Origin: an uncultured Oscillospiraceae bacterium
Lineage (GTDB): Bacteria > Bacillota > Clostridia > Christensenellales > CAG-138
DNA length: 61,038 bases
Reading direction: 5' to 3'
NCBI GenBank assembly: GCA_964600225.1
Contig: CAZRIT010000006.1
Location: forward strand, 4,132 to 65,169
Positions 1-8,253 of the stretch are shown here, one piece after another. Within the stretch, counting starts at the first letter, position 1. Each line of letters starts with the position of its first letter. A model generated the notes under the pieces. That model did not search any database and was not told the origin of the DNA. It saw nothing but the letters and a program-made list of their open reading frames with translations. Both the position numbers and the translations under genes were made by a program.

Positions 1-2
1 CC

Positions 3-365
3 CGCCATCCGCGCAGCAAGGAACCGCTGCCCGCGGAGGCGTTTTGCGGCATGAAGGCGTTCATTATGGATCAAAACGCCTCTTTGACCTCGGTCATCAA
101 CATGGGCAAAACCTTTCAGGAGCGCGGCTGGCAGCTAACCATCGTGCCCATGCCCAATGTGGATTCCATCTTTACGGCGGTGGATCAGTGCCGCGGCTGC
201 TCGTTTACGCTGCGCGCCTCGCGCATCTCCAACTCGTCCAATTACAAGGTGTTCGATTACGGCCTGCGCGCCTCCACGGTGTTTGCGTGGCACCTTGGTC
301 ACTATACGGAAAGCATCAACCTGTTCCTCAACGAGTTCAACTTGCACAATTCGCAGCAGGAATGA
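3..365 (+). CDS. C-terminal fragment of a gene that starts upstream of the window; tentatively the effector-binding domain of a LysR-type regulator
   Basis: Frame 3 is open from base 3 with no stop before the listed ORF 51..365. The tail resembles LysR substrate-binding domain ends by eye only. Confidence 0.35.
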   Translation, partial: RHPRSKEPLPAEAFCGMKAFIMDQNASLTSVINMGKTFQERGWQLTIVPMPNVDSIFTAVDQCRGCSFTLRASRISNSSNYKVFDYGLRASTVFAWHLGHYTESINLFLNEFNLHNSQQE

Positions 366-398
366 GCAATCTATACGGGTTTTTCTGCAACGGTGCGC

Positions 399-1394
399 TT
401 AAAACGCATCCTCCAGCGTGAACGGGTCCTTGCCGAGCGTCCAATCCTCATAGCGGCGTTCAAAGTAGGTGGAAAAGGAGTTGACGGTGAGGCTGCGCGT
501 TGCGGGGTCGAACGTCAGCAGGCGCATCTGCCCGCCCTTGGCGTGGTTTTGGCAGTTGAACATCATCTGGTGCACCGTGCGCTCCGCCGTGCCGTCTCCA
601 TCGTCGTCGAACGAATCCTGCCGATAGCAGGAGCCGCGGAAATGCCCGCACAGCACCAGCTTGACGTTTTTATTGGGGGTCACGATGTGCTCGTACGCAT
701 ACGGGCCCGAGTCGTACAGGCCGTAGGCCTGGTGCAGGTAATCGTGGAATATCAGTATCGCCACACGGTCGCTGTATGCGCGCAGTTGTTCATTGATCCA
801 GTCCGCGCAGTCCTCCACCGTCTGATAGCCGCAGCCGATGATGATAAAATCCGTCCCGCCCGCGCTTAACAGCGTGTACGCGGCCACGCCGTCCAGATAC
901 TTCTGCTGCGCGGGCAGCTCGTCGAGGAACCGCTGCGTCAGGTAGATATCGAAGGTTTTCGGCCAGCCGAGCATATCGTGGTTGCCGGGCACGGCGATAT
1001 AGGGGATATCGCCCGCGAACTGATCGTACGCGGAATAGAACGCATCCCATTCCTTTGGATGCCCCGCATACTCCACCAGATCGCCCGTCTGCACCACCTG
1101 CACGATGTTATCCTCTACGCGATGCTCCCTTACCCACGTTCCCATGGCGGTCAGCGCCTCGCGCTGGCGGTATGCGCTGGTTTGCGTATCGGGAAACCAC
1201 GCTATGGAAAACGGCGTGGGCACGGGCGTGGCGGTGGGCAGTGGCGTGGGCTTGGGCGTTGCCGTGGCCGCAATCGCCGTAGCGGCGGAAGCGCTCATTT
1301 GCGTTTCCGTGCCGTTGGCTTTACATGCCGAAAAAATGACTGCCATCATGGCGATTGTACCGACGATACCCCATATCCCAGCGCGTCTGTTCAT
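399..1394 (-). CDS. Calcineurin-like metallophosphoesterase, predicted lipoprotein
   Basis: Motifs GDLVEY, VPGNHD and VLCGHFRG are present. The internal start MNRRAGIWGIVGTIAMMAVIFSAC gives a signal peptide with a lipobox Cys. The ORF-track start at 1583 lies inside a predicted -35 hexamer, so the 1394 start is preferred. Confidence 0.75.
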   Translation of the reverse strand: MNRRAGIWGIVGTIAMMAVIFSACKANGTETQMSASAATAIAATATPKPTPLPTATPVPTPFSIAWFPDTQTSAYRQREALTAMGTWVREHRVEDNIVQVVQTGDLVEYAGHPKEWDAFYSAYDQFAGDIPYIAVPGNHDMLGWPKTFDIYLTQRFLDELPAQQKYLDGVAAYTLLSAGGTDFIIIGCGYQTVEDCADWINEQLRAYSDRVAILIFHDYLHQAYGLYDSGPYAYEHIVTPNKNVKLVLCGHFRGSCYRQDSFDDDGDGTAERTVHQMMFNCQNHAKGGQMRLLTFDPATRSLTVNSFSTYFERRYEDWTLGKDPFTLEDAF

Positions 1395-1554
1395 GCCTGA
1401 CTTTGGCGCGTTTGCGCGCCGCCTCCGTTTGTTTTTCGTATCCTTGGTCTTGCCTAAGCACACCGTGCAAATCCGATCCACGGTTTGCATGGTGCAGGCA
1501 ACGCCATAGGCGGCGTTGTCCTCAGTCGGAATACCGCCTCGGAAAACCCGTTTT

Positions 1555-1583
1555 ATTCTAGGGTATTTTCCTGTGGCATGCAA
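1555..1583 (-). promoter_or_regulatory. Sigma-A-type promoter (-35 TTGCAT, 17 nt spacer, -10 TAGAAT) for the metallophosphoesterase gene
   Basis: The minus strand reads TTGCAT-N17-TAGAAT. It predicts a leader of about 150 nt before the ATG at 1394. Confidence 0.4.
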
Positions 1584-1640
1584 GTAAAATCTTGTCGCAT
1601 ATACACCGTTTTCCGCGCTTTGCTTTATCGCTTTATGGTA

Positions 1641-1684
1641 TAAAAGCGGCCGACCCGTTGCCGCGGATTGCGGTACGGGTCGGC
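1641..1684 (-). terminator. Intrinsic terminator after leuS
   Basis: 10 bp stem GCCGACCCGT/ACGGGTCGGC with an inner CCGC/GCGG pairing, followed on the minus strand by CGCTTTTAT. Confidence 0.6.
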
Positions 1685-1764
1685 TGAAAGCAAGTTGCTC
1701 ACATATCAGGTTGTTCGGGTAATCCGTTGGTTATCGGGTTATTCCGGCAAGCACGCCGTGCAAA

Positions 1765-4173
1765 TCAGGTGGCCACGATGTTGACGATGTTTCTTACCAC
1801 AATCACCTTGCGCACGGTCTTGCCGTCGATAAACGGCTTGACATCGTCGTTTGCCAGCGCCGCCTGCTCCACGGCCGCGGCGTCCAGCGAAGCATCCAGC
1901 GTGATGCGCGCGCGCACCTTGCCGTTGACCTGCACGCCGTACTCCACCGTATCCGCAACCAGCGCGCTTTCATCGTATTGGGGCCACGAAGCTTGATAGA
2001 GCGGCTCATAGCCAAGCTGCTCGTTCATCTGCTCCGCAATGTGCGGGGCGAAGGGGGAGAGCAGCACCAGAAACGTCCTTAGCTCGTCGCGGGTGAGTCT
2101 GCCGACGGCGTAGATATCGTTGACCAGCGCCATGAGCGTGGCAATGGCCGTGTTGAACTTCATCCGCTCGATGTCCTCGCCCACCTTTTTGATGGCGGCG
2201 TGGATGCGGCTCCTCATCGCCGCGTCGGTATCGCCCGTGCCCTCCAGCATGTCGCTCAGCCGCCACACGCGGTCGAGGAAGCGGCGGCAGCCGCGCGTGC
2301 CCTGCTCGTTCCACGGGATCGGCTGATCGAACGCGCCCATGAACATGATGTACATGCGGAACGCATCCGCGCCGTACACGGGGATGTAATCATCGGGGTT
2401 GACGACGTTGCCGCGGGATTTGGACATCTTTTCGCCGTTGGCGCCCAGCACCATGCCATGGCTGGTGCGCTTTTGATACGGCTCCTTGGTCGGCACAATG
2501 CCGCAGTCGTACAAAAACTTGTGCCAGAAGCGCGAGTACAGCAGGTGCAGCGTGGTATGCTCCATACCGCCGTTGTACCAGTCCACGGGCAGCCAGTAAT
2601 CCATCTCCTTGCGCGAGGCCAGCGCCTGATCGTTATGCGCATCGGTATAGCGCAGATAGTACCAGCTCGAGCCTGCCCAGTTGGGCATGGTGTCCGCCTC
2701 GCGCTCGGCGGGGCCGCCGCACTTGGGGCAGGTGGTGTGCAGCCAGTCCTTGGCGCGCTTCAGGCACGAGCTGCCATCGTCCGTGGGCGAAAAATCGTCC
2801 AGCATCGGCAGTTCCAGCGGGAGCTGATCGTACGGCACGGGCTGCCAGCCGCATTGTTCGCAGTACACCAAGGGGATCGGCTCGCCCCAGTAGCGCTGGC
2901 GGGAGAACACCCAGTCGCGCAGCTTGTAGTTCACCTTGCGCTCGCCGATGCCGTTCTTTTCCAGCCAGTCGATCATGGTCGGGATGGCCTCGGAAACCTC
3001 CATTCCGTTCAAAAAGCCCGAGTTGATCATCTTGCCGTGCTCGCACTCGGTATACGCTTCCTTTTCGATATCGCCGCCCGCCACGACCTCCACAATGGGC
3101 AGGCCGAACGTCCTGGCAAACGCATAATCGCGCTCGTCGTGCCCCGGCACGGCCATGATGGCGCCCGTGCCGTAGCCCATGAGCACATAATCGGAAATCC
3201 AAACGGGGATCTCGCTGCCGTTGACGGGGTTAATCGCACGGATGCCCTTGAGCTCCACGCCCGTTTTGTCCTTGACCAGCTCGCTGCGCTCAAAGTCCGA
3301 TTTGGTCGCGGCGGCCCTGCGGTATTCGTCCACCTCGTCCATGTTGGTGATGCGATCCGCCATGGTGTTGACCAGCGGGTGCTCGGGCGACACCACCATG
3401 TACGTTGCGCCAAACAGCGTATCGGGACGGGTGGTGTAGACCTTGAGCTTTTCGTCGCTGTTTACAATGGGGAACAGCACATGCGCGCCCTCGCTGCGGC
3501 CAATCCAGTTGATCTGCTGGGCCTTGATCTTATCCAGAAAATCCACGTCGTCCAGGTCGTCGATGAGCCGCTGGGCGTATGCGGTGATTTTGAGCATCCA
3601 TTGCGAGCGCACTATGCGCACAACCTGCCCGCCGCAGCGCTCGCACACGCCGTCCACAACCTCCTCGTTGGCAAGGCCCACCTTGCAGGAGGTGCAGAAG
3701 TTAATCGGGATTTCGGCCTTGTAGGCCAGTCCCTTTTCAAAAAACTTAAGGAATATCCACTGCGTCCACTTGTAGTACGAGGGATCGGTGGTGTTTACCT
3801 CGCGCGAGTAATCGAACGAATACCCCAGCCGCTGCAGCTGCGCACGGAAGCGCTGCACGTTATCGTGCGTCACCTTGGCGGGGTGGATGCCTGTTTTGAT
3901 GGCGTAGTTTTCGGTGGGCAGCCCAAAGGCGTCGTAGCCAATGGGGAATAGCACGTTGTAGCCCTCCATGCGGCGCTTCCTTGCAATGATATCCATCGCC
4001 GTAAACGGGCGCGGATGGCCCACATGCAGGCCCTGCCCCGAAGGGTACGGGAACTCGATCAGCCCAAAGAACTTCTTTTTATCGTGCGAGGCCTCCGCCT
4101 CGTAGCAGTGTGCATCCGCCCAAATCTTTTGCCACTTGAGCTCTATCTGTTCGGGATTGTATTGTTCGGCCAT
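1765..4173 (-). CDS. leuS: Leucyl-tRNA synthetase
   Basis: 802 aa with the class I HIGH-type motif (HVGHPRPF), KMSKS, and a typical LeuS N-terminus and editing domain. Confidence 0.97.
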   Translation of the reverse strand: MAEQYNPEQIELKWQKIWADAHCYEAEASHDKKKFFGLIEFPYPSGQGLHVGHPRPFTAMDIIARKRRMEGYNVLFPIGYDAFGLPTENYAIKTGIHPAKVTHDNVQRFRAQLQRLGYSFDYSREVNTTDPSYYKWTQWIFLKFFEKGLAYKAEIPINFCTSCKVGLANEEVVDGVCERCGGQVVRIVRSQWMLKITAYAQRLIDDLDDVDFLDKIKAQQINWIGRSEGAHVLFPIVNSDEKLKVYTTRPDTLFGATYMVVSPEHPLVNTMADRITNMDEVDEYRRAAATKSDFERSELVKDKTGVELKGIRAINPVNGSEIPVWISDYVLMGYGTGAIMAVPGHDERDYAFARTFGLPIVEVVAGGDIEKEAYTECEHGKMINSGFLNGMEVSEAIPTMIDWLEKNGIGERKVNYKLRDWVFSRQRYWGEPIPLVYCEQCGWQPVPYDQLPLELPMLDDFSPTDDGSSCLKRAKDWLHTTCPKCGGPAEREADTMPNWAGSSWYYLRYTDAHNDQALASRKEMDYWLPVDWYNGGMEHTTLHLLYSRFWHKFLYDCGIVPTKEPYQKRTSHGMVLGANGEKMSKSRGNVVNPDDYIPVYGADAFRMYIMFMGAFDQPIPWNEQGTRGCRRFLDRVWRLSDMLEGTGDTDAAMRSRIHAAIKKVGEDIERMKFNTAIATLMALVNDIYAVGRLTRDELRTFLVLLSPFAPHIAEQMNEQLGYEPLYQASWPQYDESALVADTVEYGVQVNGKVRARITLDASLDAAAVEQAALANDDVKPFIDGKTVRKVIVVRNIVNIVAT

Positions 4174-4357
4174 GTCGTTTGATCCTCCATACGCAGTCCT
4201 AATAATGTACTATTTTCGGCCGCTTTTGTCAATCGATTGCGCCGCCGCTTTACATGCCGCGCTCAATGGTGATATGATACGATAGATCAAGGCGCAAGCA
4301 AACGAACCCGCCGACGAACGGCGGAACCCATACGCAATCGTAAAAGGAGGCTTTCCC

Positions 4358-4849
4358 ATGGAAACCAACAATCAAAGCACCAACAACACGACGGGTCAAC
4401 CCAACTACAATACGGCGTCGCAGCCCCCCTATATCACGCCCGCCGAGCAGCACCGCAGAGCGGCCACCACGGCAATGGTATTCAGCATCGTGGGCGTGGC
4501 GATCTTCTTTTTGCCCATCATCAACATCGCGGGCTTCATCCTCAGCATCATCGGCTTTGTCAAGGCCAAGAACAACCGCCTGCTGGCCGAGCGCAACCGC
4601 ATCCCCGAAAACAACATGAACACCGCCGCCTACATCATCGGCATCATCGGCATCATCGCGGGCGCCATCGGCGTGCTCATCGTCATACTCAGCATCGTGC
4701 TGTTCGGTGCGCTCATCGGCGTGGCGCTGACCAACACAACCGTGATTGCGGATTCCGTCACCCGTGCGCTGCCTGAACTGGGCACGTCCGTGGGCGCCGT
4801 GCTGGATGCCGTCAACAACCTGCTGGGCACCATCTCCTCCATACTGTAA
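4358..4849 (+). CDS. Small membrane protein with an N/Q/P-rich N-terminus and several TM helices (DUF4190-like)
   Basis: 163 aa ORF preceded by the RBS AAAGGAGG. Hydrophobic helices follow the low-complexity head. The family call is from memory only. Confidence 0.6.
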   Translation: METNNQSTNNTTGQPNYNTASQPPYITPAEQHRRAATTAMVFSIVGVAIFFLPIINIAGFILSIIGFVKAKNNRLLAERNRIPENNMNTAAYIIGIIGIIAGAIGVLIVILSIVLFGALIGVALTNTTVIADSVTRALPELGTSVGAVLDAVNNLLGTISSIL

Positions 4850-4859
4850 GGAGCCGTCC

Positions 4860-5714
4860 ATGTTGCCGACGTTAGAGCTTTTCGGTCTGCCCATCCCCAT
4901 GTTTGGCACCATGATGGCCTGCGGCATGATCGCGGCCATCCTGCTGCTCATGTACACCCGCCGCTTCATCCCCTTTACGGAGGATCAGCTGCTGACCTCC
5001 GCGCTGTGGGCGGTCGCGCTGGGATTTCTCGGCTCCAAGGTACTGTTTTGGATTGTGGAGCTGGATCATGTGCTGGCAAACCCGCACTTTCTGATTGAAA
5101 CGCTGCGCACGGGCTTTGTGTTCTACGGCGCGCTGCTGGGCGGCATGATCGGCATATTCATCTATTGCGTGCGCAGCAAGCTGCCCATGCTGGCGTTTTT
5201 CGATCTGTTTGCTCCCTCGCTGGTGCTGGCGCAGGCGTTCGGCCGCATCGGGTGCTTTCTGGCGGGCTGCTGCTACGGCTGCGAATCGGATGCGTGGTGC
5301 GCGGTGGTTTACCCACCGGGCAGCGGCGCTCCGTCGGGCGTACCGCTGCTGCCCGTGCAGTTGTTTGAATCGGCGTTTCTGGTCATACTGGCGCTGGTGC
5401 TCGTTGAACTTCTCCGCAAGCGCAAAACCTACGGCCTCGTCACGGGCTGGTACTTCGTGCTGTACGGCATATGGCGGTTTATTATCGAGTTCTTCCGCTC
5501 GGACGACCGCGGGTTTGTCGGCGGGCTTTCCACATCCCAGTTCATCGGGCTGTTCATTGTACTGGCGGGCGCGGTGCTGCTTTGGTTGATCCATAAGGGG
5601 ATTGTTTCACGTGAAACACTGGATGTGCCCGAAGCGGCTCCCGTAAAGCACGAAGCAGCGCAAGGGCCCTCGCCTGACGCCAAGCAGAACGACAAAACGA
5701 AAACCCCATCTTAA
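4860..5714 (+). CDS. lgt: Prolipoprotein diacylglyceryl transferase
   Basis: Internal start MLPTLELFGLPIPMFG, motif GRIGCFLAGCCYG, polytopic. The upstream part of ORF 4746..5714 overlaps the previous gene and is not used. Confidence 0.9.
   Translation: MLPTLELFGLPIPMFGTMMACGMIAAILLLMYTRRFIPFTEDQLLTSALWAVALGFLGSKVLFWIVELDHVLANPHFLIETLRTGFVFYGALLGGMIGIFIYCVRSKLPMLAFFDLFAPSLVLAQAFGRIGCFLAGCCYGCESDAWCAVVYPPGSGAPSGVPLLPVQLFESAFLVILALVLVELLRKRKTYGLVTGWYFVLYGIWRFIIEFFRSDDRGFVGGLSTSQFIGLFIVLAGAVLLWLIHKGIVSRETLDVPEAAPVKHEAAQGPSPDAKQNDKTKTPS
5603..5618. promoter_or_regulatory. parS centromere-like site, perfect palindrome TGTTTCACGTGAAACA
   Basis: Exact 16 bp palindrome matching the Firmicutes parS consensus TGTTNCACGTGAAACA. 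It lies inside the 3' end of lgt. Confidence 0.8.
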
Positions 5715-5733
5715 CCCATTCCGAAGTTTTTCT

Positions 5734-5763
5734 GTTTCTCTTTTTTCAAAAAGAGAAAGAAAC
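5734..5763. repeat. Purine/pyrimidine palindrome, repeat family 2 (TTCTCTTTTT/AAAAAGAGAA)
   Basis: 10 bp arms at 5736..5757 flanked by GTTTC and GAAAC. The same design recurs at 13799, 28868, 32728, 32852 and 32940. Confidence 0.6.
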
Positions 5764-5773
5764 CGTACCCAAC

Positions 5774-5803
5774 AAAAGAGCCGCTTGTGCGGCTCTTTTG
5801 TTT
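5774..5803. terminator. Bidirectional intrinsic terminator between lgt and the convergent lipoprotein gene
   Basis: AAAAGAGCCGC-ttgt-GCGGCTCTTTT followed by GTTT. Confidence 0.6.
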
Positions 5804-5818
5804 ACTCCGTATCAACCG

Positions 5819-6205
5819 TTACTGCGCGTAATACGCCAGCCCGATGATTTGTCCCTGGTTAAGCATGGCAAGGAACAGCAGATCATTGCTGCTGACCTTG
5901 CGGAAATCCGCCAACTCCTGCGCCAGCTCCGCGGCGGTGATGGCAACGGTCTGCGTCAGATCGTCCGCCATGGGGAATTCGATCACGGCCTCCTCGATCA
6001 TGGTGTAGCTCTTCTTTTCGCCCTCGGACAGGGTTTCGCCCATCATATCGGTAGCTTCAATGGTCAGTCCGTCCACGCCTTCCAGCCGAATCACCTGTTC
6101 GCTGTCGGCAACGGGCTTTTCCGCCTCTGCGGGCGCTTCGGGCGCTTTCCCCGCGCAGCCGCATAGCAGCAGTACGCATAAAAACGGTATCAGTATCTTT
6201 TTCAT
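5819..6205 (-). CDS. Small lipoprotein of unknown function
   Basis: MKKILIPFLCVLLLCGCAG has a signal peptide and lipobox. The RBS AGGAGA sits 7 nt before the ATG at 6205. The gene is directly downstream of parB. Confidence 0.6.
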   Translation of the reverse strand: MKKILIPFLCVLLLCGCAGKAPEAPAEAEKPVADSEQVIRLEGVDGLTIEATDMMGETLSEGEKKSYTMIEEAVIEFPMADDLTQTVAITAAELAQELADFRKVSSNDLLFLAMLNQGQIIGLAYYAQ

Positions 6206-6218
6206 AGCCATTCTCCTT

Positions 6219-7085
6219 TCAGTCCTGTAAGATGCATTCGTAAATGTGCTGCAAATCCTCTTTGTTATAGTATTCGATGACGATTTTCCCTTTCGCCTCG
6301 CCGCCGTTGATTTTCACCTTGGTGCCCAGCCGATCCCGCAAGCCCTCCTCAAAGGCGGACAGGGCGGGGGAGAGCACCGCCTTGGGCTTGGTAGGCTGCG
6401 CAGCCTTGCCCTCATTGATGTTTTTCACCCGCGCTTCCAGCGCGCGCACCGAGTAGCCCATGCGCACGGCCTCGTCGGTCAGCTTTTCAATCATCTTTGC
6501 ATCGCTCAGGCCCGCCAGCGCACGGCCGTGTCCTGCGGAAAGCTCTCCGCTTTTTAACAGCAGCAAAGTCTTTTCGGGAAGCTGCAGCAGCCGCAGTGCA
6601 TTGGCCACCGCGGGACGGCTTTTACCGATACGCTTGCTGACTTCATCCTGCGTCATATCGTGCTGCTGCATCAGAAAACGGATGGCGGCGGCTTCCTCAA
6701 TTGGGTTTAGATCCTCGCGCTGAATGTTTTCAATGAGCGAAACCTCGTGTATCTGCGCCTCGTCGTAATCGGCCACGATCACGGGCACCTCGGTCAGTCC
6801 CGCCAGCCTTGCCGCACGGAAACGCCGCTCGCCCGCAATGATCATATAGCGGCCGTTCTTTTCCTTGACAATCAGCGGCTGCACGATGCCATGGGTTTTG
6901 ATGGAGCTTGCCAGATCGTTGAGCGCCTGCTCGTCAAACTGCTTTCTGGGCTGCTCAAGATTATTATCGATATCGCGCACGCTGACCTTTTTGATGCCCG
7001 CTTCCTCCGCTTGAACGGGGGCTGCGGAATACGGATCCAGCAGCGCGTCCAGCCCGCGCCCAAGCCCTTTCTTCTGTAAAGCCAT
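6219..7085 (-). CDS. parB: Chromosome partitioning protein ParB/Spo0J
   Basis: 288 aa with the ParB box GERRFRAARLAG and an HTH segment. Its start overlaps the parA stop (ATGA). Confidence 0.93.
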   Translation of the reverse strand: MALQKKGLGRGLDALLDPYSAAPVQAEEAGIKKVSVRDIDNNLEQPRKQFDEQALNDLASSIKTHGIVQPLIVKEKNGRYMIIAGERRFRAARLAGLTEVPVIVADYDEAQIHEVSLIENIQREDLNPIEEAAAIRFLMQQHDMTQDEVSKRIGKSRPAVANALRLLQLPEKTLLLLKSGELSAGHGRALAGLSDAKMIEKLTDEAVRMGYSVRALEARVKNINEGKAAQPTKPKAVLSPALSAFEEGLRDRLGTKVKINGGEAKGKIVIEYYNKEDLQHIYECILQD

Positions 7086-7849
7086 CAGGCGTCCTCCTTA
7101 TGCAGCATCTCCTGCGCCAGCGCCCTGTACGCCACCGAGCCCGCGCTGTTGGGCGCATACTTGTTGATAGGCAGGCCGAACGACGGCGCTTCGCCAAGCC
7201 GCACACTCCTTGGAATGATCGTATCGTACACCTTATTGCGGAAAAACTTTTTCACTTCCTCCACCACCTGCATCGACAGGTTCGTGCGGGAATCGAACAT
7301 GGTGAGCACCACGCCCTCCACATCCAGCTGCGGATTGAGGCTTTTACGCACAAGCTTCACCGTATTCATCAAAAGTGACAGTCCCTCCAGCGCAAAAAAT
7401 TCGCACTGAATCGGCACCAGCAGCGTATCGGACGCCGTCAAGGCATTGAGCGTCAACAATCCAAGCGACGGCGGACAATCGATGAACACATAATCGTAAT
7501 CCTGCTTGATTGCCGCAAACGCATTTTTAAGCACCTGCTCGCGTGCAATCACATTCACCAGCTCCACCTCAGCGCCCGCCAAGGCGATATGCGAAGGCAC
7601 CAGCTTCAACGTATCGATCATAGTATCCATGGTGACGTCGTCGATGGCATACTCATTGATGAACACATCGTAGATGGAATCCTCCACCCGATTCTTATCG
7701 ATGCCCAACCCGCTGGTGCTGTTCCCTTGCGGATCGGCGTCCACCAGCAATACGCGCTTTCCCGCCTCCGCCAAACACGCGCTGAGGTTGACGGCCGTCG
7801 TTGTTTTTCCGACGCCGCCCTTTTGATTGGCAATGGCTGTTATTTTCAT
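7085..7849 (-). CDS. parA: Chromosome partitioning ATPase ParA/Soj
   Basis: Deviant Walker [10 protein letters not shown]. The ATG at 7849 follows GGAGG by 5 nt. The GTG at 7855 is too close to the RBS. Confidence 0.93.
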   Translation of the reverse strand: MKITAIANQKGGVGKTTTAVNLSACLAEAGKRVLLVDADPQGNSTSGLGIDKNRVEDSIYDVFINEYAIDDVTMDTMIDTLKLVPSHIALAGAEVELVNVIAREQVLKNAFAAIKQDYDYVFIDCPPSLGLLTLNALTASDTLLVPIQCEFFALEGLSLLMNTVKLVRKSLNPQLDVEGVVLTMFDSRTNLSMQVVEEVKKFFRNKVYDTIIPRSVRLGEAPSFGLPINKYAPNSAGSVAYRALAQEMLHKEDA

Positions 7850-7872
7850 ACGCACCTCCGCTTCGCATTCTC

Positions 7873-7901
7873 ATTATAATAACGGCATTTCCAAATAGCA
7901 A
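7873..7901 (-). promoter_or_regulatory. Predicted parAB promoter (-35 TTGCTA, 17 nt, -10 TATAAT)
   Basis: The minus strand reads TTGCTA-N17-TATAAT, about 25 nt upstream of the parA ATG. Confidence 0.4.
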
Positions 7902-7917
7902 TGTTTCACATGAAACA
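7902..7917. promoter_or_regulatory. parS-like site TGTTTCACATGAAACA (one central mismatch from the perfect palindrome)
   Basis: 15 of 16 positions match the perfect copy at 5603..5618. It sits immediately upstream of the predicted -35 of parA. Confidence 0.7.
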
Positions 7918-8210
7918 TTTAACCTCTGTTCAAATATGACAAAATCGGTAGTTGCATAAAAATATAGAAATTTTAGTTTTATGCATACAAAATCGCCGTA
8001 TTCTCTGTTGTTTTGTAATGCCAAAACTTTATGTTATAAGGTAGTTGCGCGTTCAAATCCCGCAAAATCAATCCAAAACAAAAGCCAAAGGAATGCTCAT
8101 ATCTACAGCAAAGCATATCATAAATTACGCCGTATGGTAATTTTTGCTTCATTTATATAATGGGCATCATCGCAAGATGTTGTAGATTAAAAATTCTATC
8201 AAAACAATAT

Positions 8211-8239
8211 AACAAAAAAGGAACCCGCTTGGGTTCCTT
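8211..8239 (-). terminator. Intrinsic terminator after dnaN
   Basis: Stem AAGGAACCC-gctt-GGGTTCCTT followed on the minus strand by TTTTGTT. Confidence 0.7.
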
Positions 8240-8253
8240 TTGGCTTGCCTTGT

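Noticed and set aside
1394-1583. N-terminal 63 aa extension of the metallophosphoesterase ORF
   Set aside because: The ATG at 1583 is part of the predicted -35 hexamer. The extension has no RBS and precedes a complete lipoprotein signal peptide.
2200-3951. 583 aa plus-strand ORF antisense to leuS. Similar long ORFs: 22231..23406, 29312..31390, 44057..46564, 15794..17092, 51424..52380 and 58074..59300
   Set aside because: All lie opposite or out of frame to genes with unmistakable conserved motifs. They are Arg/Ala/Gly-rich, as expected for stop-poor alternate frames in high-GC DNA.
4174-4357. Possible T-box leader upstream of leuS, which is common in Firmicutes aminoacyl-tRNA synthetase genes
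   Set aside because: The gap is only about 185 nt. No T-box consensus (AANNNGGGTGGTACCGCG or its complement) or specifier-loop layout is visible on the minus strand.
8026-8070. tRNA-Asn (GTT) gene
   Set aside because: Only an anticodon-arm-like and a T-arm-like segment can be drawn. There is no acceptor stem, no D arm with GG and no CCA context. It is kept only as a possible remnant inside the AT-rich island finding.
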